This document shows positions 37,986-51,290 of a stretch of DNA of 64,000 nt, in pieces (position 1 is the first letter of the stretch; each line of letters begins with the position of its first letter). Source of the DNA: Chiloscyllium plagiosum (taxonomy: Eukaryota); contig NC_057719.1 of assembly GCF_004010195.1 (NCBI RefSeq), positions 46,728,230-46,792,229 on the forward strand, given 5' to 3'. The position numbers and the translations under genes were made by a program. Under the pieces are notes generated by a model. The model made no database searches and was not told the DNA's origin. It saw nothing but the letters and a program-made list of their open reading frames with translations.

Positions 37986-38230
37986 GAGATGGAAATGTGT
38001 TGCTGGAAAAGCGCAGCAGGTCAGGCAGCATCTAGGGAACAGGAGAATCGACGTTTCGGGCATTAGCCCTTCTTCAGGAATTGACGTTTCGGGCATTAGC
38101 CCTTCTTCAGGAATGGCTAATGCCCGAAACGTCGATTCTCCTGTTCCCTAGATGCTGCCTGACCTGCTGCGCTTTTCCAGCAACACATTTCCATCTCTGA
38201 TCTCCAGCATCTGCAGACCTCACTTTCTCT
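37986..38230. mobile_element. Young Penelope family 1 fold-back insertion with tandem hammerhead motifs and TSD
   Basis: Near-perfect inverted arms; gacgtttcgggcattagcccttcttcaggaat twice (38050, 38083); TSD tcttaatat(t)aatatag. Confidence 0.85.
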
Positions 38231-40004
38231 TCTTAATATTAATATAGTACAGAGACAGTTTTCAAGTACCACATGCAAAAAGAGTTAAAGCACTCAATTG
38301 ATGAGTCTGGTGACCTGACATTGCAGTGATGAGGACAGATTACATCAGAAATCTCAGTAAGGTGGACAGTGACAAAAGATGGTTTGGAAAGCCTGGAATC
38401 ATTTCTGGCAATTGGGGATTTTGTTTAAATGAATGGCACTAGACAGAACCACACCAAAGGTTTTATTTTGTGTTTGTAAAAGTTTTATCGCCTTGAGAAC
38501 TGATTGCAGTGACGTTGGTTACTGGTTGCTGGCATTCAGAAGAGACATAGGGAAATTCAATCCAGACCATTTTGTCTATTCTGAAATGCTAAGTGATGAA
38601 GAAAAGCAGATATTAAAGTATGATTTCTGTGCTTGTTAGAAATTCAGAGTCTTCTCACCTGATACACTTAGGCGCTGATGAAAACATTGTTGGTGGTGAC
38701 ACCATGAAGTATTAGATTGACCCAAAGGGAGCCAAGTCCTAGGTCCTTAGCTAAATTATTACTAAACATGGATCAAAATGCATTCTCAATTTCAGCAGAG
38801 TATTCAATTTACACATGTCTAACAAACAGACTTCATCTGTTCCATGATTCAGTACAGACACTAGCAAAGGAAACGGGAAGTGAATGTTTACTTGCTCTTT
38901 CCAAACACAGGGAAGAAGGAAAACTCCCAATGCCGGCTGATTTCCATGAAAAAGAGAATTTGCAAATAGTTATGAAGCAACATTAATCACATATACTGTT
39001 CACAGGCCATTGAGTCAGAAACTTCCTTTTGGTGTAGATCTCAATCAGAAAGGTACTTCAAAGCTATAATAATTAAGATTCATTGCAGCTGGCCTTTAAA
39101 AAGGGGAAAAAAAGACAAGCAAGAGTATTATCTTGATCAAGTCCATTAAACAGTTTATCTTCACTTTGGTAAGACAGTTCCTGAAGAACATTATAGATAA
39201 AAAGTTTTATCTTTTGCAGATCACTGTCCTGCAGCCCACACAGAGAAAACTTATGGACGAAGAGGTTAATAGCTTTTTATAGATGGTGAATATTAAACCT
39301 TGAAAATATAGGGATTTGCTGCTTTGTAAAATATTTGCACTTGGGATAAGTCACTCCCACTTGACTTCGTAATTATTTTCTTATGTCAGCCAGGCACTTT
39401 ATAGATGGAAAATTGTTTTGTTACCTTTGAAACTTGAAAAATTGTGTTGAGAAAATGAAACAATGATCTTGTTCTTATTTATTACAATGAAAAATGGTGT
39501 TTTTTAAGAATCAAAATTAAAAAAAAAAGACAGGTGTTTTTCAGTAGTTGTAAGTGTGGAGTTTAAAATCCAATACTTGCCAAGAATAAATGAGTACTAT
39601 TGAGTTCTTTACTTTTAATGGGAAAATTCAATAATAGTTCATTGTAGCTCACATTGACACATTTCACAAAATCTAACCAGCGTTGCAATTCTAGATGAAA
39701 AGAATTGAGCAGTTGAAAAAGTGACTTTCATTTTTCACTGTAAATCGTCACTTAGATAGGTACTTTTTCCAATGGAGACATGAATCAGGAGTAGTCTGGA
39801 AGTCTGTCCTTCCCAGAAAGGCTGGAACTTCATTTGTTGAAGGGTGGGACAGCTTTGCACCAGGACAGGTAGGCTCATCTCACAAGGCCAGCCTCAAAAT
39901 CTTTGTCCCAGAAATGTGATCAGACCCCAAGGAGTGAGGATGCCTTACTACATGGTTCATTGGATTTTGCAAAGCTGCAAAACCTGCAAGGTTTAATACA
40001 CCAG

Positions 40005-40658
40005 AGAAGAGGGTTACCTCAGATTACAACAGGATCTGGATCAGATGGGCCAATGGGCAGAGAACTGGCAGATGGAGTTTAATTCAGATAAATGCGAGGT
40101 GCTGCATTTTGGGAAAGCAACTCTTAGCAAGACTTATACACTTAATGGTAAGATCCTAGGGAGTGTTGCTGAGCAAAGAGACCTTGGAGTGCAGGTTCAT
40201 AGTTCCTTGAAAGTGGAGTTGCAGGTAGATAGGATAGTGAAGAAGGCATTTGGTATGCTTTCTTTTATTGGTCAGAGTATTGAGTACAGGANNNNNNNNN
40301 TGAGGGGCATGGATAGGATAAATAGACAAAGTCTTTTCCCTGTGATTGGGGAGTCCAGAACTAGAGGGCATAGGTTTAGAGTGAGAGGGGAAAGATATAA
40401 AAGAGACCTAAGGGGCAATTTTTTCACGCAGAGGGTGGTACGTGTATTGAATGAGCTGCCAAAGGATGTGGTGGAGGCTGGTACAATTGCAACATTCAAA
40501 AGGCATTTGGATGGGAATATGAATAGGAAGGTTTTGGAGGGATATGGGCTAGGTGCTGGCAGGTGGGGCTAGATTGGGTTGGGATATCTGGTCAGCATGG
40601 ACGGGTTGGACTGAAGGGTCTGTTTCCATGTTGTACATCTCTATGACTCTATGACTCT
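40005..40658 (+). mobile_element. CR1 LINE (HER1-like) 3' fragment containing a 9-N gap (40292-40300)
   Basis: WQMEFNSDKCEVLHFG, QRDLGVQV, NFFTQRVV; tail (ctctatga)n. Confidence 0.92.
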
Positions 40659-43600
40659 AATGGTGTTTGAAACTCAGCAAAAGGTGCTTTGGAAATGGTG
40701 TCTAACAAAGGAGTTTCTATCCTTGTTATGACTGGCGCAGTTTGAAGGGAGTCTCAGTAAACTCCCAACACGTGTGGACTATTGAACCCTCACTCTGCTG
40801 CCTGAGAGAACCACCGCTGATGCCTCTGTTGGCCCAACCAATTTCTGAATTTCCTGAAATTACCTGCTCTCTGTCATGTGCAACCAGAGCATGTCAAAGT
40901 AAAGTGGTCCAAGAGAGCACAGCAACTGACCTCAGGGCTACTTCCCACATTCAGCTCTCAGGTTTATTGTCTCACAGTATTAGCCATGTCACTGATTTCA
41001 GGGAAGGACAGCCACTGAGCAATGTCTGAGCCCTTTTATGATACACACCAATACATTGCAAATGTGCCTCTCAGAGAGCTCTGGATCCCAGGGATATTGT
41101 TGTACATATCAGCTCATGTCACACTGTTATTTACACACCAAAAGGCCACCAAATCTGCTTGAGGTGAACCCATCACTGGTATTCACTCATCAACTCCTTG
41201 ATCTTATGATATCATATCTGGTTAATGATGCATCTTAGGCTAAGGTGAGCCATTTTCACCTACTCCAGGGTCAGAATGTTGCAGCAACTGAGCATCCAGC
41301 AGAGCCAGAGTTTATCAGCACCAAGATTTTGTGACCAGCACCTTGATCTCCTGGTCCTAATGGCTAATGGAAGCACCAGTACTGCAGCAGTGGTTCACCA
41401 TTACCTCATCAATTAGAGTTGGACTATAAATCTTGGCCTAGTCATGCAATGAATGGACAATTTAAAAAAAACAATGTGCTTGGTCTCCTGCTACTAAAAA
41501 CAAAATTTACACACTCGGAGGAGGTAAGGAAAACCTTAACTTTACTAATTAAACATCTTGCTGTAGGTTCAGCATGGCACGAGGTTGAAAGAGACAGCAA
41601 GATCATTTGACAATGCTTCACTCTGTGTGAATCTGTCTACGATGTCCCATTCGCATATCACACGGTCAAACTTCTTGTAATGCAGGATCGTGTATAACTG
41701 GGGATATTAATGAGAGAGCGGGCACAAGATTAAACGAGCAGGAGAGAGCAAGCAAGGCTTTGCTTAAAATCTCTATATAGCTGTAAACAATGTTGACACA
41801 TCCAGTTTCTTGATGCCATTATAGAATGTTAAAAATTGAAGCACCAACGTTTGTACTAATGGAGGGTTTTAATAAACTTACTTGTGGAAGCCGGCATCAT
41901 GATTTTCGATTATATTGTCAAGAGGATAGCATCCAAAGAAGTGAACGAACATTGCCTTGACTGCTCTACAATGGGATCGATGCAAATTCAGATGGAGGAG
42001 AACCTATTGGAGCACATCGTGTCAGGTAAAAGTCGGAAGAGTGCAGTTCCACTCTGCAGCAGAGAATCATGTCCATTCTTCTCCAAAATAGGTGGGGAGG
42101 GTCTTGAAAAAAAAGCAACGGGAGTTACACCACAGCAACACTTTCCTTTAACTATCCTGGAGTGCAATGATGTAATGATGTAAAGGCAGTAAATGTAATG
42201 AGGATAGAAAGTGGTGGATGGTATTAAAGGAGATGGGGAAGTGGCAAAGGAGTGAAACAGATTAATGACATTAGTAAACATAATGTTGAGGGAGAGCACA
42301 TTGAATCATTAGTAGGGATAAGAAGGAGCTGATAGGGGTTTTGTGGATAGACTGAGTGGCCTGAATGGGAAATAAAAGAGAAACATCATTGAATAGAGAT
42401 AGGTGAAGTCTGACTGAATGAAGAATAGAGGAAGAAGTTGGAGCATTAATGTTGACAGCTTCAGCAAGAGTGAAAGGATTTCAGCAAATATCACAACATA
42501 TGTAAGTCAATAACATTAGTGAAATGGGAGCCTTCAAAACTAATGAAAGAGCTGTGCAGGCCATGATTGCTGAGTGATATATTTTCTGACTCCATTGAAC
42601 AGAGATTTATTCATAGATTTAAAATAGAATATCTTTGAGCTTTCGGATATTTTGAAAATGAGATTCTTCTGCTAATAAACCAAAGACATCAGAAACAATT
42701 AAAGTCAGCTACAAAGTGCAGCATTTCTTTTGCCCCTCCCTAGTCTATCAACAGGTGTCTTTCTGAAAATTGAAAACCTCATGTGAATTTTTTGTTTCCC
42801 ATAACATAATGGGAGGCCTACAGCTCTGGAACGAGTCCATTTACTTCACATCATAACCACAGTTGAGGCAAGCTGCTGCTGAATGTTTAGATTTGTATGA
42901 GTCGGCCACGTCCCTGTGTGCGTATCACTGAAGAAAAGGTTTGTGATGTGTGCCAGGACTTACTGCAAGATCAAAGCTTGGAGCAGCTCATAATGAAACA
43001 AGATGGTAAAACCCAAAGAATAAAAGGAAACAAAGGAAATGTTTAGGAGATAAGGATCTGTCTCTGAAATGACATTCATCCAGACCATATCCGGTGCAGA
43101 AGTTAAATCTGAAGTTCATAGACAATAATTCAAAGAGATCAGATTCAAAGCTTTGTTGATCTTCATCTCACCGCTATCCTGCTGTTGTTGCCACCATCTT
43201 GCATATATAGCAGTTATAAATTATGTCCAATAGATATACATTACTTAGAGTCAGAGTCAACAGAAGCATTCTAACCACATTTAATTTTGAACAAAACAAT
43301 GTAATAATTAAAACAAAGATTTTTTTTGAATAGCAGAATGCAGTATCTAATCAAATAAGCAAAACCAGAGTAAGAAGACATAATAAAACACTTAAACCGC
43401 AGGAGTTTAATTGCCAATCCGTATCAGCCTACGTGGTGTGTTCCATCAAGTTTGAGTATATTAGGAAAGAAATCCATACAAATCATAAAAATCAAGCTGG
43501 TGATGATTTGATAATTCAAACCACAAGTTTCCAAAATGTTTGTGTGGATAGCAACACATATGTTGTGTGAAATTCAGAATAATGAAAACCAGGTTAACCA

Positions 43601-44639
43601 AGTCACAGCACCAATTTATGTCCCATTTAAAGAAATCTCATAGAATCTCTGTAAAAATGGAATAACTTCCTGTGCAAAGTAGTTTTATGAGTGTTGGAGC
43701 TGGATCATGTTGAATGACAGGAACTAAATCATCTCCCTACTTTATGGGATTATTTTGATATAGTTTACTACAAATGTAGCGCAATGCTTTTAGAGCCAAT
43801 AAGTGGACAAATTATCACACAAGGTGAAGACAGATAATTTAATAATGTTATTAATTTTGTTAGAAAGCATTTCACTTCTGGAAAGTGTGAAGTTTTGACT
43901 AAATTGTAAAAGTGCATTGCAGGAAAAAAAACATTAACTTCATTAACTTTCCACCTGCTAGGTATCATTAACAACAAAATACAAGGGCCACAAAATTTGG
44001 GTGCGCAGCATGTGTCCTTTCAGCATTACAATTGCCTCCAAAAGGGTGTCTGCAATACATTTGCGTACTTCAGTTGCGGGCCACTTGGTGATGGCATTAG
44101 CACACACGTACGTAGGAATTGTACACTGGAACTATGCAGACTATGATGTCAATCAGCACACACATCAACAGTGAAATGACAGTGTGGCCATTTTGGAGCT
44201 CAACACTCCATTTCATGCTGCCTCTTAAATGTTGCCCATCTGAACATTTGTTCAGCAGTGGAATGGATCCCATCCTTCACCAACATGATTAAAAGTGATC
44301 ATCAGCTGCTAATCAGCTTAGTTCCTGCTGGATTTTTCTTGGTGCATGTGGAAGAATGTGGTTCATTCAAGATGTAAAAGTCCACAGGGAAAAGTAAAGC
44401 ATGTGTTGAAGGAGTGGACCTGTTCTCACTTTAGGGATTCTATATGGATCACATGCTTCAGGCTGTGAGTGTGGTTGCATATCTCCCTCAGTCCCGAACC
44501 TTAACCCTGTCACATAACAGGGAAACTGAACAGAGGTGATACAGGGTAGGAGAAACTGCTGGATGAAGAAAGAAGATGGGAAGAGCTGTCAGCATGAGGT
44601 GACAATTATCCAACACTGATCAGTGAGTAACTCATCCAT

Positions 44640-45300
44640 CACAAACTTCAGTAAGGAACAGTGGATTAGAAATCTCTGCTTTGCAAAACACATCCTCATT
44701 GAAATCTGCCACCTGCTGCAGACAATTTAATTCAGTAGGCATGACCAGGGTGAGATGTCCAGTGACAGAGGAAGTGACATCATCATGAACATTTCTGCAT
44801 CTGGCTCCTTTGAGGCTGGAGCAAGTGACAGTTGGGAAATTTTCCAGCTTGTTATGCATTGTTGCAGAATGTTATGGAGGCTGGGTATTATAATCGAATA
44901 CATTATATCTACTGTGCAACATATAAAAGCAAATGGAGCAAGAACTCAGTTTCCACAGAGGGATTCAGGGTTTCCCATGGCGCTGGCTGCCATTGACCAC
45001 ATGTACATTGATATGTGATGGCTGTAAATCAATTCGGATCTGTACCCCCAGAGCTTATTGGCATGATTCTGCAGATTAATGCCTGGCTTCCTGCAGCATT
45101 CCTTTTACTATCTGTTCAAACTAATTCAGCAACCCAGAGAGTGGCTACTGGTAACAAGAGCTAGTTGCTGACCAAATGACTCAGGATTCTGGTGTTGAAT
45201 CAATATAGATGTGGGCAGCATGTGGAGCACTATATCATTCAACAGAGCAGATTAAAAGGTCTTTTCGGATCTGCTGGATCCAGCACAAGTTGAGAACAGT
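44640..45300 (+). pseudogene. Harbinger transposase (HARBI1-like DDE) remnant
   Basis: MNISASGSFEAGASDSWEIFQLVMHCC ~ (L)NFYAxGSFQxxxGDxxGISQ; GFPMALAAIDHMYI ~ GFPxVxGAIDCTHV; ILQINAWLP; EWLL; IIQQ. Confidence 0.75.
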
Positions 45301-45922
45301 CTTTTCCCTGCTTTTGGGGAGTAACTGAGGGGTTGGGTGGAGGAGGTGCATTGGCTGTGAAGAAGAGGTGGGAGATGAGGAAGGGAGTGAGCAGGCAGCA
45401 CATTCTTTAGTGGCCAGATTCTGATTGATTCTGGCACCAGTGAACAAAACCTCAAACCCCCCACAGACCGACCTCACCTTACCTTCCCTGTGTTACAGAT
45501 TAACAGAGCTTCCACTTGGCCACTGTGCTGAAAGAAAACACAGAATAAACATTCCTAACAAAGTTTAGAAGACAAATATTGTCATATTTCATACAAAAGT
45601 CAACTAATCATGGCTATAGACTCTATTCGTGCCTGTCTTTCATTGCCTTTGGCTGTCCTTAGTGCTTCAGTACTGTGCTACCACATTGGTTGGTGACTTT
45701 CAGTAGAAGATATTGGGTACTCAACTTTGGAGGCTTGCCTTGGGCAGCTGTAGATCTAGAAGCCCCTGCTCTCTCATTAAGACCACTAGGCATGGGTTGC
45801 AGCAGGCTGGATTCGAGCAGATTGGGAGGTCAACAGCATCATCCTGAAAGGGGACAGCAGGTCTATATTCCATAACATTTTCTGGGGCAGCACCTCAGCA
45901 ATCAGAACAATGCATTAGAAAA

Positions 45923-46326
45923 CGCCTCATCTTCCAACCCCATGGCATCAATGTGAATTTCACCAGTTTCCTCATTTCCCCTCCCCTCCACCTTGTCCCA
46001 GATCCAAACTTCCAACTCCCTCACCACCCTCATGACCTGTCCAACCTGTCCATCTTCCTTCCCACCTATCCGCTCCACCCTCCTCTCTGACTTATCACCA
46101 TAACCCCCACTTCCGTCTACCTATCGCACTCTCAGCTACCTTTTCCACAGGCCCACCCCCTCCCATTTATCTCACCACCCCCTTGGCTCACAGCCTATTC
46201 CTGATGAAGGGATTTTGCCCAAAAAGTCGATTCTCCTGCACCTCGGATGCTGCCTGACCTGCTGTGCTTTTCCAGCACCACACTCCTGATTCTAATCTCC
46301 AGCATCTGCAGTCCTCACTTTCGCCT
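45923..46326 (+). mobile_element. Penelope-like element 3' end (GIY-YIG C-terminal remnant, pyrimidine-rich UTR, pLTR), nested in the Harbinger
   Basis: RLIF-QPHGINVNFTSF; decayed hammerhead at 46201-46228; tagaaaac on both flanks. Confidence 0.75.
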
Positions 46327-46389
46327 AGAAAACACTGTTGGATTGCTGAGATCCTGAAAGCCCTCTTTGAACATGGGCATGGGCAGTCA

Positions 46390-46815
46390 TGACAACACTA
46401 GTTTGAGTTTGCATGGATTAAATCTGAGTTTCCAGTGCAGCAACCAGCCATTGAATGACTTCTGCTTGTGCTGCAATAGAACTTTAGGCTTTGGCATCAG
46501 ACTAGAAAGGATGGGCTTCATATCTCTACACAACATTCTGTACAGCATTGGTGCCAGAAACTCCCCCCACTTTGGCAGGCGTGCTAATGGGCCAAACATT
46601 TCAGCATATATGCATATCAGCCATCTTCTGGGTGCCAGAACCGGTGTGCAACTTGGTCCTCCAGTGTGTTTACCATGTTCCACTGCCAGGGTGCAGTTTC
46701 TTCATGCCCAATCTCTCATCACATGCAATGGCCTTGAACATAGGTCATTGAATTTCTTGTGACACTGAGGCAAGGTCCTCAGGGTAGCCTCCTGGCATTA
46801 ACTATCACTAATTAC
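46390..46815 (-). pseudogene. Harbinger Myb/SANT-like DNA-binding gene remnant
   Basis: Minus 46782-46741 reads LRTLPQCHKKFNDL (~RTxxQCRKKFNDL); downstream YAEMFGPLARLP. Confidence 0.7.
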
Positions 46816-47864
46816 ACACTAAAGTGACTCAACAGGTGATAGGGCCTTCCTACTATTGTTTTCAGTTAGGTTGGAGGTGGAAAAGTGAGAGCTTCCCCAT
46901 CCTCCAACCAAATTAATTGGCCCCTGCTAAGCTCACCACAGAGGGCAGTTCAAGACTTGGACATGTAATATACGGGATTAATAGCTGTATGCTAATAGCC
47001 AAACAGCATCATCTGAGATGGCAAATCACATAGGCAAGGGACCCAAGCTTAATTTAGTGCCTCAGTACCATGGTTGAACAGTTAATAAACATTTCTCAAT
47101 TTGCATTTGTAAAGTGTCCATTCTAAGGCTACTAGAAGATGTCAGTGATATTTGTATATACCCAACATCACTTCTCCTCTTCACTTCTCAACCAAAAGCC
47201 TTAGGTTTAGCATTAGACCTTGGAGGCCTTTGATGCCAAATTGTTTCATAAACAAGCATTTCTTTCGCTGATATTCTTCTGCATGCAGTTCCATTTCCAG
47301 ATCGAGCCAGAATGCACCTCCACTTTAAAGTGGTACTAACCTCTCTTGACTTTGCACACTTGCTCATGTGTGTGCAACCATGCATCAGTTTACCAAATTC
47401 TGGCTCCATACTGCAAACATACAATAAGCAGCCGGAGAAAGCTTAGTGTGTACTGTACTGTACTGTACAGGTAAGAGTTAAGCACATATTATAATCAAAT
47501 TTCACAGCCTTTTCAACTGAAAGTAGTTAACTAGTGATTGAAGCAAAATTGCCTGTAGAATATGACCAAAACAAAACCAAAGCTAAACGTGGCAAAACAC
47601 AGACTACTATGCCATTGGCTGTTATATCTGACCAATTTAGTAAGTGTGCTACAGGGCAATTTTTTTATAAACCTAAAATAAATAGTGTGAAATGAAAAAT
47701 ACTGACATTTCCACCAAATGATGTTTCATTAGAATAAATGGAATGTTTGGCTCACTTTGAACAGATATTCAAGTATGGCATCTTTTCCCTCAGAAGCGAA
47801 CGGAAAACGACTAAACAGTTATGGAAGGCCGTATTTGCTCCTTCAGAATTGTTTCATAGGCAAA

Positions 47865-48028
47865 GTGAAAAATCGCACAATACCAGGTTATAGTCCAACA
47901 GGTTTATTTGGAAGCACTAGCTTTCCTTAAAGCTAGTGCTTCCAAATAAGCCTGTTGGACTATAACCTGGTGTTGTGTGATTTTTCACTTTGTACACCCC
48001 AGTCAACACCGGCATCTCCAAATCATGG
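47865..48028. mobile_element. Penelope family 3 fold-back insertion with TSD
   Basis: ~60-bp near-perfect inverted arms centred at ~47925; tt(c/t)ataggcaaa on both flanks. Confidence 0.8.
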
Positions 48029-49619
48029 CTTTATAGGCAAATGGGGCAAGTGCAATAATGTTGTTTTCTGCAGTAAATATTTCAGAGGGTCAAAGAGGAT
48101 AAAATCCAGGTTTGTAGTCATAAAAGCATAACAGTGACTGAGTGACATGATAATGATTTAGGACAACATGTATGAGAATCTTCTGCACAAAAGTCGTGAC
48201 TGAAATTAATCACAAAGTTAGTGATCAAAGTACAAATCATTGTAAAAATATTTTGGTTGATACAAAAATGGAATAAGCTGTTCAAGTTTATTGACTCTAA
48301 TACCCCAAAGTCAGCAGGTTAATTGCCTCAAAGAGGAAGAAGAGTAGACATATGGGTCAGCACTCCATACAGGGAGGATAAATATTAGTAACAATCTGAT
48401 CAGGCTGAAGGCTCTCAGCTCTGTGTGCTGTAACTCCTATAGGGTTTGTGTGCTTTCACATTGGTATGTGTTTTACAGAATAGTTGAATTTGGAGGGAAT
48501 GACAGAAAGATAGAAGAGAAGAAGGCAGAGGATGTGTGAGGTGTTGGGAAGTAATTGCTATTGGATATGTAGAGGTGATGACATCCAAGAGATTTGTACA
48601 AATCAATGTGAATTTTTGAAAAGAAGGAATCCATGAGTTCCTTGAAGAAACTTTCAAACGATGGAAAGTAATAAACTAATTTCTTATAGATACTAGGTGT
48701 GAATGCTTACCTTTAAAAATCAGAGCAAGGAAATATGTAGTCCTTGATTTTGATCCATCCAACTTAGCAGTGAACAACCAACTGGATGAGTGTCAGGTGC
48801 AATTAAGGTCTGGTATGATGTTACTTGACCAAGGGACAAAACAGGTGGAAGTTGGTTCCTGGCATGATGGGGATGGCTGAGAATACCAGCAGCTTGACAA
48901 TGGTTATTATATCAGAAGAGAAGTCAGGGAAAGAATTGGAAAGAAAGTACACAATTTTCAAGTTTTACATATAAAATTTATCATTAACATACCAGCATCT
49001 TATCTGGTAAAAGCATATCTTCCATGGTTGGCGACCAGTCAAATAAATGTCAATTCAATCTGCTTGTGGTACCAGGATGAATTACTAACTGCAATTGTCA
49101 ACCATTGAAACTTTTTTTGTAAACAGAACACAGAACAGCATTTTTGATGCATTCCATAAGTTTATTTTACACTGCTATTGAATCCCAAAAGCAAAAGTGG
49201 TTTTCACAGTAGTCAATATGGTCAATTGATTCCAGAAAGCACAGTGTATGGGGTATTCATTTGTAGGTCTGTATGTACCGATGTGATGATAATCAAGCTT
49301 TACATGGGGAGGATATCACAACATCTAAATTTATGTAACTCCATAGGAACATAATATTGGTATAAAGTAGTTAAGACATGTACTAACCAAAATATTTTTA
49401 AGAAGTACTTTGTACCATCATTGCTATATTATAAAGACGTACTTTGTGTCAGAGACCACGTAGCTATAGAATTCCAGAAGACAATTCAAATGTACCAAGG
49501 TAGATGATACAAGTTTTCATGTTGTATTTTTCCATGTTTGTAAATGGTATTTTCTTTAAGAGCTTTATCTGTGGAACGGGTCAATGATTTTGGTAAGAAC
49601 AATACACAAGAGGGGAAAT

Positions 49620-49945
49620 AATTCCACATGGCCAGTTTTTCCAATCTTAATAATGGAACGGATTGATATGGAAGTCAACCTTTACAAGCAGGCATAGGGG
49701 GATACAGATGGGATTCATTAAGAATGGCATCAAGTTGGCTCAGACATGATGGGACAATGAGCCTGTGCTGTACTGCTCTATGTATATTTGCCTACCCAGT
49801 TGATTGTGTCACCTGTATGCTTGCTTGAAGTGACCAACATACAAAGATACTCAAATCCCTTTGGTCATCAATACTTCCCAATTTATCATTTAAATAATAT
49901 TCTGCTATTCTGTCTTTTCCCTGAGTGGACAACTTCAGACATATC
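49620..49945. mobile_element. Two old CR1 fragments (3' UTR on +, RT piece on -)
   Basis: Minus YYLNDKLGSIDDQRDLSIFV; plus gagcctgtgctgtactgctctatg tail. Confidence 0.55.
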
Positions 49946-51049
49946 CATGTAATTCTATACATCCAATCCCAGTGCTGGCACAGTAAGTCAAGGGCAGCCT
50001 CCAATATCAGCCCAGGGGCTTGGGCTATCAGTTGGGCCAGTCAGAGCAGTCAGGGTCAGGGGGTCTATATCATTGCAGTTTTGCTAATGAGCCATGGTCA
50101 GTCCCATGGACCCAGTACAGCCAGTTCATGCAGTCATTAGAATAAAGTCAATGAGCAAGCTATACAGATCTCTCTCAGGAGTCTAGTCAATTATCATTTG
50201 AGACTGACTGGCTAAGTCACTAAAGGGGGTGAGCAATAGTCAGACCTGGGGATCCATCCACTAAAACTGAAGGATAGACTATCAGAGACCATTACTGCAG
50301 AGTGAAGGCTGTGGAACTTACTTGTGGTAATTGTCAGGAGAATGCTGGGATACAGAAGGGTTAATAATAGTGAAGAGGGGAAACTCAATATATAAAAGGT
50401 GGGGGGGGGGGAAGATGATAGAGCATGGGAGGGAAAGGTAGTCATCGACAGGGAGTGGTATCCTGCCTCCATATGGGTGGAGCTGAGAGGTGGGGGACAG
50501 GGGGCAGGTAAGGAGTCAATTTTTACTCAATATGCCTGGGAATGGGGGATGGCAAAGTGGGCGGATGAAGACTTGGAGATGTTCAAAGCCGATGAGGTTG
50601 ATGGGGATGGTTACAAGACAGGGATGTTTATGTCTGTGCAGAGGCTGAGCCTGAGACTCACTCTTCGAGGTGTGACCATTGCTGCCATCCATCAGGCTGT
50701 AAAGCAGAAGTGTGCAACAAAGATAGAAATGGCTGCAACCACACATGGAGCAGTAAGGGGAAGGGCTTCATTCTGCGAGGGAAGTGGGGCTTCGAGTTTC
50801 AGTGACTAACACAGTCAGACATACACCTGGACACTGAAGCTGAAAAATACCCCGTGAGCAGGAGATAGTTTTGTGAACGTTATGTCTTCACCCACTGTGT
50901 GCAGCCTAAACCCTTAGCCCAAGGTCTCCTGACCATGTCATTTGAAGATAACAAGTGAATTCCATGAATGCCAAGAAAACAATAGCAATGTTCAAACCTG
51001 AGAATAATGGCCAAAGTAACGGCAACCTGTGATTCACTTATTGCCTGCA

Positions 51050-51290
51050 AGGACTGTGAGACTTTGCTGGACATTCTTCCAGACCCTCATGAAGGAACTG
51101 TTCTTGATGACAACCTCACACCATGCTGACAGGGTCAGGTCTCATGTTCTTCTTTGCTGGTCCTTGGGGAGGCAGGTGTGGGGGTGGAGGGGTGCAATGC
51201 TCTTCTGCACTAGCCCATCCAGCAGTACCTTCAGGTCCCTGCCCACCAATGAAGCCACCAGTCTCCCCTCTCAGGCATACTCAGGGCGAA
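51050..51290 (-). pseudogene. Harbinger-type Myb/SANT remnant
   Basis: Minus: RDLKVLLDGLVQK...LPKDQQRRT*DLTLSAWCEV...KNVQQ. Confidence 0.5.

Larger units (their letters stand above)
43985..46960. mobile_element. Decayed Harbinger/PIF DNA transposon with two convergent genes; boundaries approximate
   Basis: HARBI1-like transposase remnant on +, Myb/SANT remnant on -; gggcca-type motifs near the ends. Confidence 0.65.

Noticed and set aside
46201..46228. Functional hammerhead at this copy (also ~7642-7670, ~37065-37135, ~57990-58020)
   Set aside because: Core GAAA and/or stem II are mutated; counted only as decayed motifs
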